42,398 nucleotides of DNA from Jiangellaceae bacterium (GTDB lineage: Bacteria; Actinomycetota; Actinomycetes; Jiangellales; Jiangellaceae), in NCBI GenBank assembly GCA_014534205.1, contig JACVRX010000001.1, positions 1 through 42,398 on the forward strand. Reading direction: 5' to 3'. The stretch's first letter is position 1, and every line of letters begins with the position of its first letter. Shown here piece after piece: positions 33,407 to 42,066 of this stretch. Under the pieces are notes generated by a model, which worked only from the letters and a program-made list of their open reading frames with translations, made no database searches and was not told the DNA's origin. The translations under genes were made by a program, and so were the position numbers.

Positions 33407-34660
33407 TCAGTCGACCGCCGACCCGAGCACCAAGGTGACGTCGTCGACCGAGCCGCCGCGCTCGACGCGTAACGTCACGCGCTCGCCCGGTTCCCGCGCC
33501 CGCAGCGCCACGATCAGCTCCTCGGCCGAGTTGACGTCCCTGTCTCCTATTCGGGTGATGACGTCTCCTGGTTCGATCCCGGCGCCGGCCGCCGGCCCGT
33601 CCGGCTCGACGCCCGCCGCACGGCCGTCGCCGGCCGCGATCCGCGCGCCGCGCCCGGTGAACGTGCTGTCCAGCCGGACACCCATTACCGGGTATACGGC
33701 CCGGCCGGTCTCGATTATCTGCCCGGCCGTCCGCGCAGCCTGGTCGATCGGGATCGCGAAGCCGAGCCCGATGTTGCCGGGCACCGGGCCGGTTCGGACC
33801 GACGCGATGGCCGAGTTGACCCCGATGACCCGGCCGGCGGCATTCACCAGCGGACCGCCGGAGTTGCCCGGATTGATCGCGGCGTCGGTCTGCAACGCGT
33901 TGATGAACGCCGTCTCGCCTCGTCCGCCGGCCGTCACCGCTCGGTCCACCGCCGAGATGATCCCGCTGGTGACCGTGCTGTCCAGCCCGAGCGGGCTGCC
34001 GATCGCGAGCACCGGGTCGCCGACGGCCACGTCGGCGGACGTCCCCAGCCGCACCGGCCGCAGACCGTCGCGGTCGACCCGCAGCACCGCCAGGTCGTAG
34101 CTTGGGCTGCGGCCCACTACCTCGGCGGGCGTTCTGGAGCCGTCGAAGAAACCGAGCTCGATCCCGGTGCCGTCGGTCGCTGCGGCGATCACGTGACTGT
34201 TGGTGAGCACGTAGCCGTTGGCGGCGATGATGAAGCCGGACCCGGATGCGTCGCCCACCGTCACCGACACGACGCTGTCCAGCACGTCGGCGGCGATTCC
34301 AGCGACGGACTCCGGCGGCCGGTCAGCCACAGCCGTTTCGTCGGCACCGAGCACCGTGACGGTCCCCGGTCGGGATCCGGCGAGCCGGTCGGCCAACAGG
34401 CCGCTGACCGCAGCGCCCGCCGCACCGGCCACCACAGCGATGAGCGCCGCCGTGAGTACCAGCACCCCGGGGCGTATCGCTGCACTCGCAGCGGCATGGG
34501 TACGTCCAGCCGGCGCCTCGAGCGCCGGCTGGACCACCGCGAACGGGTCCGCCTTGCCGACGGGCACCTGGACCCACGGGTCGCGGGAGTTGCCCGAGTG
34601 CCCGGAATCCGGGCCGGGGGGGCGCGACCATCCGGCGGCCGCACGGTTGGCTGCACTCAC
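33407..34660 (-). CDS. htrA: HtrA/DegP-family trypsin-like serine protease with a TM anchor and C-terminal PDZ domain
   Basis: VLTNSHV, DLAVLRV, TDAAINPGNSGGPLVN, and a PDZ-like GIEPGDVITRIGDRDV. GTG start at 34660. Confidence 0.9.
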   Translation of the reverse strand: MSAANRAAAGWSRPPGPDSGHSGNSRDPWVQVPVGKADPFAVVQPALEAPAGRTHAAASAAIRPGVLVLTAALIAVVAGAAGAAVSGLLADRLAGSRPGTVTVLGADETAVADRPPESVAGIAADVLDSVVSVTVGDASGSGFIIAANGYVLTNSHVIAAATDGTGIELGFFDGSRTPAEVVGRSPSYDLAVLRVDRDGLRPVRLGTSADVAVGDPVLAIGSPLGLDSTVTSGIISAVDRAVTAGGRGETAFINALQTDAAINPGNSGGPLVNAAGRVIGVNSAIASVRTGPVPGNIGLGFAIPIDQAARTAGQIIETGRAVYPVMGVRLDSTFTGRGARIAAGDGRAAGVEPDGPAAGAGIEPGDVITRIGDRDVNSAEELIVALRAREPGERVTLRVERGGSVDDVTLVLGSAVD

Positions 34661-34691
34661 TCGGGTCCGCCCGGCATGGCTACCGGCATGG

Positions 34692-35759
34692 CTAGTCGAA
34701 CGGGTTGAGCCACGACACCACCCGTCCAGCCCCGTTTCCGATCCGGGCGAGCAGGCTGCGGTCGTCGTCGTGCTTCGTCGGCGGCAGCTCGGCGAGCAGC
34801 GCGTCGAGCGTCTCCGCCGGCGCGTCCGCGACCACGGTCACCACCCGATCATCGGTGGACCAGGTGAACTGTGCAGGCGGCCCCGGCGTGCTGTAGACGA
34901 CGCCCCCGTTCACCTCCCGCGCAACAAACCCGGCCAGCCGATCGGCGTCGAGGCGGCCGCGCTGCTCGAACACCGACACTGTGGCGACGCCGTCGGAGTA
35001 GCTGAGCTGGAACGCGTCGCCGACTCGACGGGCCTCGTATAGCTGGAACCCGCCCGGCAACCGGCGAGGGCAGCTCCAACCTCCGGCGCGCAACTCGGCC
35101 AGGTCGTCATGGCGTAGCCAGCGGTCCTCCGGGTCGGACTGCGTCGCTTCGACGGCGGCCGGTGCCGGCTCGATGTGAACTTCGATGAACGCGCTAGCCG
35201 TACGGGTCGTGCCGTCCTCGGCATAGATCTCACGGCGCAGTGGCAGCGCCCACTCGCTGTCGAGCCACAGCCGCGCCGCCGGCGTGCCGTCGTCGCGTCG
35301 CGCTTCAACGATGTTCGCGGGGCGGCCCGCCACCGCCGACACGCCGATGATCTCCACGTCGTATCCGCGTACAAGCAGACCGACCGGCCCGCCCGCACCA
35401 GCCAGCCAGGCGGTCCCGCTTCGCTCGTCGACCATCGCGAGCGGCTGAGCGCCGTGAGCCCGGATCCGGGTGGGACCGCCGGGCTCGTGGATGACGTCTA
35501 CAACGGCGCTCGTCGATCGCTCCGCGTCCAGCGGGGACCACGCGGCGACATACTGCGTTCCGCGGAACCAGACGAGCTCGGGCGCGGCGAGTGCCCGGTG
35601 CAGCAGTCCGACGGCTCCCAGATCGTCGCCGGGATCACTCGATGGAGCGGCAAGCGCGGTGACCGCCGAGCACAGCAGAAGCGGCACGGCGAGCGCCGGG
35701 CCGGCCAGCGCCGTCAGGATGTGCGGACCTCGGCGGATCGGCGCCAAGGACCCGGTCAC
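34692..35759 (-). CDS. MucB/RseB-like (LolA-fold) putative sigma-E regulatory protein, with a signal peptide
   Basis: GTGA overlap with the rseA stop. YDVEIIGVSAVAGRPANIVEARRDDGTPAARLWLDSEWALPLRREIYAEDGTTRTASAFIEVHI parallels E. coli RseB YDFISVGRTRIADRLCEVIRVVARDGTRYSYIVWMDTESKLPMRVDLLDRDGETLEQFRVIAF, as I recall it. RLPGGFQL...LSYSDGVATVSVF parallels WLPQGFSE...LYSDGLFSFSV. Confidence 0.7.
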   Translation of the reverse strand: MTGSLAPIRRGPHILTALAGPALAVPLLLCSAVTALAAPSSDPGDDLGAVGLLHRALAAPELVWFRGTQYVAAWSPLDAERSTSAVVDVIHEPGGPTRIRAHGAQPLAMVDERSGTAWLAGAGGPVGLLVRGYDVEIIGVSAVAGRPANIVEARRDDGTPAARLWLDSEWALPLRREIYAEDGTTRTASAFIEVHIEPAPAAVEATQSDPEDRWLRHDDLAELRAGGWSCPRRLPGGFQLYEARRVGDAFQLSYSDGVATVSVFEQRGRLDADRLAGFVAREVNGGVVYSTPGPPAQFTWSTDDRVVTVVADAPAETLDALLAELPPTKHDDDRSLLARIGNGAGRVVSWLNPFD

Positions 35760-36346
35760 CGCCGGTCGCCTGCCACGGCAGGGACGACGACCGCAGCGGG
35801 CTCCGCGAACGGCAGGCCGCCGGTCGCCTTGGCGTGTTCGACGGTGAACTGGCGGATCGGCGGCACCACCGACGCGGGCGGCGATCCGCTGGTTGCCGGT
35901 GCGCCCAGCGTGGCGAGGAGCATCGTGAGTGCGCCCGCAGACAAGGCGCCCACGGCCACTACGCGGACCCGATCACGACGGGTTCGTACGCCCGGCTCCG
36001 GTCGCCGCTGGCCCGGAACGGGACCTGGCCGGCCGGCAGGCGGCCGTCGGGTGATCCAGGCTCGGTCTCGGACAGTTGTGCCTTGTCCCGCGTCCGCTCC
36101 GGGCAGTGGCCGCCGCGGCGGCGGCAGCGGATCCCCTGGTTCGGCCAGCGCGCGTAACGATGCCACCAGCGACGCTGGCGGGCGGGCGGCGGGCAGGCGG
36201 CGCAACGCTGCTTTGGCCTGGCGCTCGAGCTCGACCGCCATCCGGCACTGCTCGCACCTGGTGACGTGGGCCAACGCCCGGTCGCGGTCGTCGTGGCCGA
36301 GCTGGTCGTCGACCAGAGCGGTGACGATCACACCGAGATGTCTCAT
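35756..36346 (-). CDS. rseA: Anti-sigma-E factor (zf-HC2, RseA-like)
   Basis: ATGA overlap with the sigE stop. HxxxCxxC motif: [14 protein letters not shown]. Confidence 0.8.
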   Translation of the reverse strand: MRHLGVIVTALVDDQLGHDDRDRALAHVTRCEQCRMAVELERQAKAALRRLPAARPPASLVASLRALAEPGDPLPPPRRPLPGADAGQGTTVRDRAWITRRPPAGRPGPVPGQRRPEPGVRTRRDRVRVVAVGALSAGALTMLLATLGAPATSGSPPASVVPPIRQFTVEHAKATGGLPFAEPAAVVVPAVAGDRR

Positions 36347-36999
36347 GGCGCCTCCTCCCGGATGTCGGGCGAGACGGCCGAGTCCTCGCCGGCCGAAGGC
36401 GGCGCGCGATGGTCGAGGGCAGCGCGAAGCTGGGCGCGACCCCGGTGTATCCGGCTGCGCACGGTGCCCAGCTTGACGCCGAGGGTGGCCGCGATCTCCT
36501 CATAGGACAGGCCCTCGATGTCGCAGAGCACGACCGCGGCTCGAAAGTCGGCCGGTAACGCGTCCAGCGCTGCCTGGATGTCGGCGTCGAGCAGCCGGTC
36601 GTCGATCGTGCCGTCCGGCGTCGGCTCCCGGCCGGACAGCCGGTCGACCGCGCCCGCACCGAGCGTGTCGAAACGAAGGCGCTGCTTGCGCCGTACGCCG
36701 TCGAGGAACAGGTTCGTGGTGATGCGGTGCAGCCAGCCCTCGAACGTCCCCGGCGAGTACGACGACAGGGACCGGAACACCCGGACGAACACGTCCTGGG
36801 TGAGGTCCTCGGCGTCGTGCGCGTTACCGGTCAACCGGTAAGCGAGCCGGTAGACCCGGGCGGAGTGCTCGCGGACCACCTCGTCCCAGGACGGCGGGAC
36901 CCACTCCCCGGCCGGAACAGCGTCCGGACCCGGATCGGCGTCGTCGCCCACCTGGGATCCTCCCTCGCGGGTCAGCATGGCCACGAGAACTGTTTCCAT
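36343..36999 (-). CDS. sigE: ECF RNA polymerase sigma factor SigE
   Basis: Region 2: [30 protein letters not shown]. Region 4: [31 protein letters not shown]. The start is uncertain (36999 or downstream). Confidence 0.9.
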   Translation of the reverse strand: METVLVAMLTREGGSQVGDDADPGPDAVPAGEWVPPSWDEVVREHSARVYRLAYRLTGNAHDAEDLTQDVFVRVFRSLSSYSPGTFEGWLHRITTNLFLDGVRRKQRLRFDTLGAGAVDRLSGREPTPDGTIDDRLLDADIQAALDALPADFRAAVVLCDIEGLSYEEIAATLGVKLGTVRSRIHRGRAQLRAALDHRAPPSAGEDSAVSPDIREEAP

Positions 37000-37141
37000 C
37001 GTGACCCACGTCCCTTTCCCTGGCCAACCGCCTCGGCCGATCGGGTGTTCCCGCCGGCCCGGCGCGCCCGAGCGGCTTGTTCGGGGAACGTCCCGAACGC
37101 ACCGGTGGGTTCCCTAGCCGGGCGCTGCTTTCCGTGACTCC

Positions 37142-37233
37142 GGAATGACCACGTACACCATGTCTGCCCGTACATCACCAGGCGTGTAAGCCTGGTGATG
37201 TACCCACGGGGGTGGTGAACGTGGTCATTCCAG
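37142..37233. repeat. Palindromic intergenic repeat, copy F (variant carrying the tail sequence at both ends as terminal inverted repeats)
   Basis: GGAATGACCACGTACACCATGTCTGCCCGTACATCACCAGGCGTGTAAGCCTGGTGATGTACCCACGGGGGTGGTGAACGTGGTCATTCCAG. It lies between the divergent sigE and O-methyltransferase genes. Confidence 0.9.
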
Positions 37234-37269
37234 AGCGGAGCGGCGGCCGCTGGCCCGGCGTCCAGCGAC

Positions 37270-37980
37270 GTGCGACGCGAGAGCACTAGGCTGCGACCCG
37301 ACCGCTGCCCGTGCGCCGCCCAGGAGGCCGTCATCGCCACGATCAGCCCGGAGTCGTGGAGCTACGCCGAGAACTTCGTCGACGAGGAGCCGGCCATCAC
37401 CCAGGCGCGACGCCGAGGGCACGAGGTCGGTGCCGTGCCGATCGGGCACGGCTGCGGGACCGCACTGCGACTGCTCGCGGCGGCGATCGGCGCTCGCACG
37501 GTGGTCGAAGTCGGCACCGGCGCCGGCGTCTCAGGTCTGCACCTGCTCGCGGGCATGCGTCCGGACGGCGTCCTCACCAGCGTCGACATCGAGTCCGAGC
37601 ACCAGCGGCTGGCCCGGGAGGCGTTCGTCGAGGCAGGCATCGGGCACAACCGGACCAGGCTCATCCCGGGGGCGGCCCTCGACGTGCTTCCACGCCTCAC
37701 CGACGGGGCGTACGACCTGGTGTTCTGTGACGGCGACAAGGTCGAATACGGCGAGTACCTGCAACAGGCGCTGCGGCTGCTGCGCACCGGCGGGGTTGTC
37801 GCCTTCGACAACGCGCTCTGGCGCGACCGGGTGGCCGACCCCGCGCAGCGCGACCCCGAGACGGTGGCGATCCGCGAGCTCGGGCGGGCGATGCGTGCGG
37901 ACGAGCGGCTTGTCCCGGCACTGCTTCCGGCCGGTGACGGGCTACTCGTCGCCGTCAAGCGGGAGCCCGCCGAGAGCTGA
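37270..37980 (+). CDS. Class I SAM-dependent O-methyltransferase (caffeoyl-CoA-OMT-like)
   Basis: SAM-binding VVEVGTGAGVSGLHLL, plus YDLVFCDGDK. It is adjacent to and divergent from sigE, as the O-methyltransferase is in mycobacteria. The GTG 37270 start is uncertain. Confidence 0.85.
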   Translation: MRRESTRLRPDRCPCAAQEAVIATISPESWSYAENFVDEEPAITQARRRGHEVGAVPIGHGCGTALRLLAAAIGARTVVEVGTGAGVSGLHLLAGMRPDGVLTSVDIESEHQRLAREAFVEAGIGHNRTRLIPGAALDVLPRLTDGAYDLVFCDGDKVEYGEYLQQALRLLRTGGVVAFDNALWRDRVADPAQRDPETVAIRELGRAMRADERLVPALLPAGDGLLVAVKREPAES

Positions 37981-37994
37981 CCGCGGCGCCGCCC

Positions 37995-38615
37995 TCAGCG
38001 CCCGGGCACCCCGCCGTCGACGGCCCGCAGTGGAACACCGCGCTCGCCCGTTGCGCTGCGACCTGCGGCCCGCGGCCCCGGACCGGGCGGACGCTGCCCA
38101 ACGGGCTGAGCTGCGGACGGCTGCTCGTCGCGGACCTCGCCGCGGACGCGTAAGTCCTCCTCCCGCTGGATCAGCGCCTCGACCAGGTCAGCAGGGCCGG
38201 TCACCGTCATGGCCATGGCCCGGCCCAGGTCGTCGCGGTCGAGCTCACGGTCGGCGGTGCGGCGCAGCCGGTCGGACAAATCGAGCACCTTGTCCACCGA
38301 GCCGAGCGCCGACCGAGCGGCCATCAGGTGCCGCCGCTGCACTCCGCGGCCCGCGATCATCAGTGCCAGCGCCTCCGCGGTGTCGCTCCAGTCCGCTTGC
38401 GGCGCGGGTTCATCTACCAACCCGGCGACGCCCACCATGACCCGGTCCGAGGCGGCCATCAGCTTCTCGGCGGTCTCGGTGTCGCTGTCCAACGCCGCCA
38501 GCCGCAGGGCGACCCCAGTCACCAGCGCGCTGTCAGCGGCGCTGCGGCGTGGCTCGGCGAGCAAGCGCACGGCACGGGAGACGAGCGGGCGGGTCGGCAG
38601 CCGGTCCTCCAACAC
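37995..38615 (-). CDS. Hypothetical protein co-oriented downstream of pruA
   Basis: GTG 38615 has GAGGAG 5 nt upstream. Composition is protein-like. I recognise no family. Confidence 0.6.
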   Translation of the reverse strand: MLEDRLPTRPLVSRAVRLLAEPRRSAADSALVTGVALRLAALDSDTETAEKLMAASDRVMVGVAGLVDEPAPQADWSDTAEALALMIAGRGVQRRHLMAARSALGSVDKVLDLSDRLRRTADRELDRDDLGRAMAMTVTGPADLVEALIQREEDLRVRGEVRDEQPSAAQPVGQRPPGPGPRAAGRSATGERGVPLRAVDGGVPGR

Positions 38616-38639
38616 GTGGACTCCTCAGGCAGGGGCGGG

Positions 38640-40268
38640 TCAGGACATGTGGGGGTAAGTATGCGTGGTCGGCGGAACGAACGTCTCCTTGAGGGCCCGC
38701 GTACTCGTCCAGCGGATCAGGTTCTGTGCCGCACCAGCCTTGTCGTTGGTGCCGCTCGCCCGTGCCCCGCCGAACGGTTGCTGCCCGACGACGGCGCCCG
38801 TCGGCTTGTCGTTGACGTAGAAGTTCCCGGCGGCGAACCGCAACCGCTCAGTCGCGTCGGCGATTATCTGCCGGTCCTGTGCGATGATCGAGCCGGTGAG
38901 CGCGTACGGCGCAACACCCTCCATCTGGTCCAGGACCCGGTCGTAGTCCCCGTCGTCATAGACGTAGACGCCGAGGATCGGCCCGAAGTATTCGGTTACG
39001 AAGATCTCGTCCACCGGATCGGAGGATTCCAGCACCGTCGGGCGGATGAAAAAGCCCTCCTCGTCGCCACAGTCGCCGCCGGCGAGCACGGTCACCGCGT
39101 CCGAGCCCCGCGCCCGGTCGATCGCCTTGCGGTGCTTGGCATATGCCCGGTCGTCGATAACGGCGCCCATGAAGTTCCGTAGGTCGGTGACGTCGCCCAT
39201 CGGCAGCGAGTCGGTGAGTGACACGAACTCGTCGCGCATCCGGTCCCACGCGCTGCGCGATACATACGCGCGCGACGCCGCGGAGCACTTCTGTCCCTGG
39301 TACTCGAACGCGCCGCGGATGAGCGCGGTGCGCAGGACATCGACGTCGGCGCTCGGGTGCGCGAGGACGAAGTCCTTGCCACCGGTCTCGCCGACGATGC
39401 GCGGGTAGTTGCGGTACTTGGCGATGTTCTCGCCGACGGCGCGCCACAGCGTGTGGAACGTCGGTGTGGAACCGGTGAAGTGGATGCCGGCCAGATCCGG
39501 GTCGGTCAGCGCTACCTCCGAGACGGCCAGGCCGTCGCCGGTCAGCAGGTTGACGACGCCGGGCGGCAGGCCGGCCGCCTCGAGCAGCCGCATGGTGAAG
39601 TGGGCGGACAGCTGCTGGGTTGGGCTCGGCTTCCAGATGACCGTGTTGCCCATCAGCGCCGGCGCGGTGGGCAGGTTGCCGCCGATCGCAGTGAAGTTGA
39701 ACGGCGTGATCGCGTAGACGAAGCCTTCCAGCGGCCGGTGATCCAGCCGGTTCCACACGCCCGGGCTGTGCCGCACCGGCTGGTCCTCGATTATCTGCCG
39801 GCCGAAGTCGACGTTGAACCGCCAGAAGTCGATCAGCTCGCAGGCGCTGTCGATCTCGGCCTGCGCGACCGTCTTCGACTGGCCAAGCATGGTTGCTGCG
39901 TTGAGCGTCTGCCGCCACGGTCCGGCCAGTAGCTCCGCGGCCTTGAGAAAGATCGCCGCTCGGTCGTCGAAGGACAGCGTCCGCCAGCCCGGCGCGGCTT
40001 CTCGGGCGGCATCGATGGCCGCCCGGGCGTCGGCAGTCGTTGCGTTGCGCATCGTGCCCAGCACGTGCGAGCGCTTGTGCGGCTGGACGACGTCGATCTC
40101 GTCACCACCGCCGAGCTTCTGGTCGCCGCCGATCGTGCAGGTGAGCTCGTGGCGTTCCGCCGCCAGCTCGGCGAGGCGCTGCTCGACCTCGGCCCGCTCC
40201 GGGGTTCCCGGCGCGTAGGACAGGACCGGCTCGTTCACCGGCATGGGGACCTGCGTAACGGCATCCAT
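38640..40268 (-). CDS. pruA: L-glutamate gamma-semialdehyde (1-pyrroline-5-carboxylate) dehydrogenase, aldehyde dehydrogenase family
   Basis: 542 aa. Motifs: FNFTAIGGNL, IHFTGSTPTF, ETGGKDF, YQGQKCSAASR (catalytic Cys). GAGGAG lies upstream of ATG 40268. Confidence 0.85.
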   Translation of the reverse strand: MDAVTQVPMPVNEPVLSYAPGTPERAEVEQRLAELAAERHELTCTIGGDQKLGGGDEIDVVQPHKRSHVLGTMRNATTADARAAIDAAREAAPGWRTLSFDDRAAIFLKAAELLAGPWRQTLNAATMLGQSKTVAQAEIDSACELIDFWRFNVDFGRQIIEDQPVRHSPGVWNRLDHRPLEGFVYAITPFNFTAIGGNLPTAPALMGNTVIWKPSPTQQLSAHFTMRLLEAAGLPPGVVNLLTGDGLAVSEVALTDPDLAGIHFTGSTPTFHTLWRAVGENIAKYRNYPRIVGETGGKDFVLAHPSADVDVLRTALIRGAFEYQGQKCSAASRAYVSRSAWDRMRDEFVSLTDSLPMGDVTDLRNFMGAVIDDRAYAKHRKAIDRARGSDAVTVLAGGDCGDEEGFFIRPTVLESSDPVDEIFVTEYFGPILGVYVYDDGDYDRVLDQMEGVAPYALTGSIIAQDRQIIADATERLRFAAGNFYVNDKPTGAVVGQQPFGGARASGTNDKAGAAQNLIRWTSTRALKETFVPPTTHTYPHMS

Positions 40269-40319
40269 GACGATGGCTCCTCGGGCGTGGATGGGTTATC
40301 CCTATCGTGACACGCCCGG

Positions 40320-40808
40320 TCAGCCACGGAGCAGGTCGGGAATCTCCTGGGTTGCGTACCACAACAATTCGACGCCGTCGGTCTCGTCGACGAGGAACTG
40401 GGCGTCGCGATCGCCTCGTGTAGCGGCGTCGAGTGCCTCGACGGCAGCGGCGATGGCCGGCTCAGCGTCGTCGTCATCGGCGTGGATGGCAGCCACTGCG
40501 CGGAGCGGGATCGCCTCGCGGAGACGGACGCCCGCCGGGCCGTGTCCGGCGGCCGGGTCCGCGTCGGGTACGTCGGCGGCGACGACGACCCGACGTCGCG
40601 GCGCGTCTGGCTCGGCGCCGAGAAACGTCAGCGACGCGCGGCTCGCTGTGCTGGAAGCGACGTACTCGAGCTCTTCCGCGTCACCCTCGGCGTAACTCTC
40701 GCGGAGGGCGGGCGTCACCGCGTACCCGATGTCCACGTCGACCGCGAGCTTTCTGCTGCGGTGCAGCTCTGCCAGCCGAGAGAGAGTCGCCGGGACGAAG
40801 ACCCGCAT
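40320..40808 (-). CDS. Conserved hypothetical acidic protein (162 aa)
   Basis: ORF 40320..41150, trimmed to ATG 40808, which overlaps the patatin stop as TGATG. Sequence: MRVFVPATLSRLAELHRSRKL.... Confidence 0.6.
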   Translation of the reverse strand: MRVFVPATLSRLAELHRSRKLAVDVDIGYAVTPALRESYAEGDAEELEYVASSTASRASLTFLGAEPDAPRRRVVVAADVPDADPAAGHGPAGVRLREAIPLRAVAAIHADDDDAEPAIAAAVEALDAATRGDRDAQFLVDETDGVELLWYATQEIPDLLRG

Positions 40809-41797
40809 CAGCCGGCCGTGGACTGCAGGCTCGCGGCGTCGGTCAACGCGCGCGCTGAGGTCCGCAGCGAGGTCTCCAGCACGTGCAGCCTGCGGTTCGT
40901 CTGCATGACGTTGACGCCGATTGCGGCCAAGTCCTCCTGACCCGGGCCGAGTAACGTCACCACTGTTCCTTCTGCGCGCAGCTTGCCGATCTCGTTCATG
41001 CAGCGCCGGGTCACCGCAGCTCGCCAACGCCGTTCCATCTTTCCAAGCAACGACCGCGGCCGGTCGGGATCCAGCGTGACCATCGGCGCCACGACGAACA
41101 CCTCGTCCAGGTGCCGGCCCGCGAGCAGGTCCACCGACGTCGCCGAGCATGCGCCGCCGTCGACGTAGCGGTGGCCGTCGATCACCACCGGTGCGTACCA
41201 GGCCGGGATCGCGCAGGACGCCATCACGGCGTCGACGAGGGATGCTGGCGGTTCCCCGGGACGGCCGAACGGAACCCGGCGTCCCGTCTCGTAGTCCATG
41301 GCCACGATCCAGACGTTGCGGTGGCTAGACCAGCGGCCGTCCGGGGCCAGCGCGGCGACGAGCTGCCCCAGTTCTTCCAGCGATCCCCGGCCGACCGGTA
41401 ACAGCGCGGAGAGGACGGCGGTCGGCGGCAGCCGGCGCAGTCGCCAGGCGTTGCGACGGACCAGAGCTGGCGATCCGACGGCGAGGCGTGGCCACGGCGG
41501 GCGTGCGCCGCCGGAGGACCGGGCGTAGTCCCAGGGCGCCCCGGCGAGCCGACCCTCGGCGCCGCCGAGCTGGTGCGCACGCAACTGTGCCGGCCGGACG
41601 CCCTCACCGAGAAGTGCGGTCAGCACTGCGCCGGCAGACGTTCCCACGATGTAGTCGACGGTCCGCAGGTCGACGCCGGTGTGGTCTTCCAGGGCGCACA
41701 ATGCGCCGACCGCCCAGGCAGCGCCGAGCACCCCGCCGGAACCGAGCACGAGTCCGCGCCGCGGCTTCGTCGCACGCACCACGTACTCAGTGTGCAA
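40808..41797 (-). CDS. Patatin-like phospholipase
   Basis: Oxyanion GLVLGSGGVLGAAWAVG, nucleophile GTSAG, and a catalytic Asp in YVDGG. Confidence 0.85.
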   Translation of the reverse strand: MHTEYVVRATKPRRGLVLGSGGVLGAAWAVGALCALEDHTGVDLRTVDYIVGTSAGAVLTALLGEGVRPAQLRAHQLGGAEGRLAGAPWDYARSSGGARPPWPRLAVGSPALVRRNAWRLRRLPPTAVLSALLPVGRGSLEELGQLVAALAPDGRWSSHRNVWIVAMDYETGRRVPFGRPGEPPASLVDAVMASCAIPAWYAPVVIDGHRYVDGGACSATSVDLLAGRHLDEVFVVAPMVTLDPDRPRSLLGKMERRWRAAVTRRCMNEIGKLRAEGTVVTLLGPGQEDLAAIGVNVMQTNRRLHVLETSLRTSARALTDAASLQSTAG

Positions 41798-42066
41798 GAT
41801 CCGGGCCGGCCGGTGCGCTTACTCGGCTGTGGCCTCGTGGGGGGTCTGTACGGGGCCACGTGTCAGGAACGGTGGCGGCATCCGGCCGGTCAGCGAATTG
41901 TGCCGCCAGACCGATCCTGGCGCCCGACAGTTGTCTGGCGGCGGCTGCCTCCGGCCTGGTCCGCGGGTTGCCCGGCCTGACACGTTCGGCCCGGGGATAC
42001 GACATCGTTGCGCGGGTCGCTGCTGACAAGATGAGCCGTCCTGGCCGACGATGCAGGAGAACCGGC

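Noticed and set aside
7370-37233. Possibility that the palindromic repeats form a CRISPR array
   Set aside because: The copies are separated by 1.7-11 kb of ordinary genes, occur in both orientations, and are about 80-90 nt long. There are no regularly spaced spacers and no cas genes.
40808-41797. Patatin-like phospholipase as an effector of a CBASS-like or other defence system
   Set aside because: There is no cyclase, nucleotidyltransferase, sensor or other partner gene. Its neighbours are a small acidic hypothetical gene and pruA in what appears to be a housekeeping operon.
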